A DNA stretch of 64,000 bases, taken from contig CM068756.1 of assembly GCA_035084275.1 (NCBI GenBank), positions 1,054,001 through 1,118,000 on the forward strand, given 5' to 3'. The notes beneath the pieces are model-generated. The model worked only from the letters and a program-made list of their open reading frames with translations. It did not search any database and was not told the DNA's origin. The stretch comes from Hydrolagus colliei (Eukaryota). Positions 63,621 through 64,000 of the stretch are shown one piece after another (position 1 is the stretch's first letter; each line of letters starts with the position of its first letter). The translations under genes and the position numbers were made by a program.

Positions 63621-64000
63621 CTTCAATAAAAATATTCCTCCTCCTTCCCCCCAACCCCCCCCCCCCACCAACTCAACTATGCTTTCACAAATCACAAGCC
63701 GATTCACCATGGAACTCATCTGTAGGCACTCACTTCACCACGGGTCACTGAGTTGCATTGCTCTGCAGCTATTAAAAGTATGTAGATGGCAGACCAGTAC
63801 TAAGGCTGCCAAACTCACTTCCAGTAATTAAGTGGAGGACAAGATACAGCAATGGGACTGGCGGCTCAGTGTTTCCATTGAAATCAATGGAAGATGGTTT
63901 TTTAAGAGCACAAGGGGTAGAGCTAGTTGGACAAGAGGAAGTGGTGTAAACATGCAGAGATTCTTTTTTTTGCCTGCAATAGAGGCAATGGGAATAATTT

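Noticed and set aside
63853-63880. gggactggcggctcagtg resembling an LF-SINE 5' end
   Set aside because: The similarity does not continue beyond about 18 nt.
1-64000. Most of the 60-126 aa ORFs in the supplied track as standalone genes
   Set aside because: They are short, often start on non-ATG codons and have low-information composition. Only those overlapping real exons or LINE fossils carry recognisable signal.
1-64000. CRISPR arrays, operons, rRNA or prokaryotic systems
   Set aside because: The sequence is spliceosomal, vertebrate-type DNA. The recurring motifs are dispersed retroposon tails, not regularly spaced repeats.

Overview
AT-rich vertebrate genomic DNA, most likely from a cartilaginous fish. 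This is inferred from the repeat content (tRNA/Deu-domain SINEs with L2-type tails, plus CR1, L2, L1/Tx1 and RTE fragments), which resembles chimaera/shark families from memory. The window lies inside one minus-strand, multi-exon gene. I reconstructed nine internal coding exons by hand (58478 down to 1064; 1233 nt, 411 aa, no start or stop seen). They splice into an uninterrupted coiled-coil protein tentatively resembling the PMFBP1/CCDC18 family. The most striking structure is the exon architecture: all nine exons are phase 0-0, seven are exact multiples of 21 nt (one heptad), all start on a hydrophobic residue and six end on a GAG codon. One exon appears to use a GC donor. The introns (up to 25.8 kb) contain TE fossils and several non-repetitive, CpG-retaining, motif-dense blocks that look like conserved non-coding enhancers. 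Nearly all ORFs in the supplied track are spurious. I found no firm evidence of a wholly new biological system; the best leads are the heptad-cassette exon design and a possible regulatory-block role for the introns.
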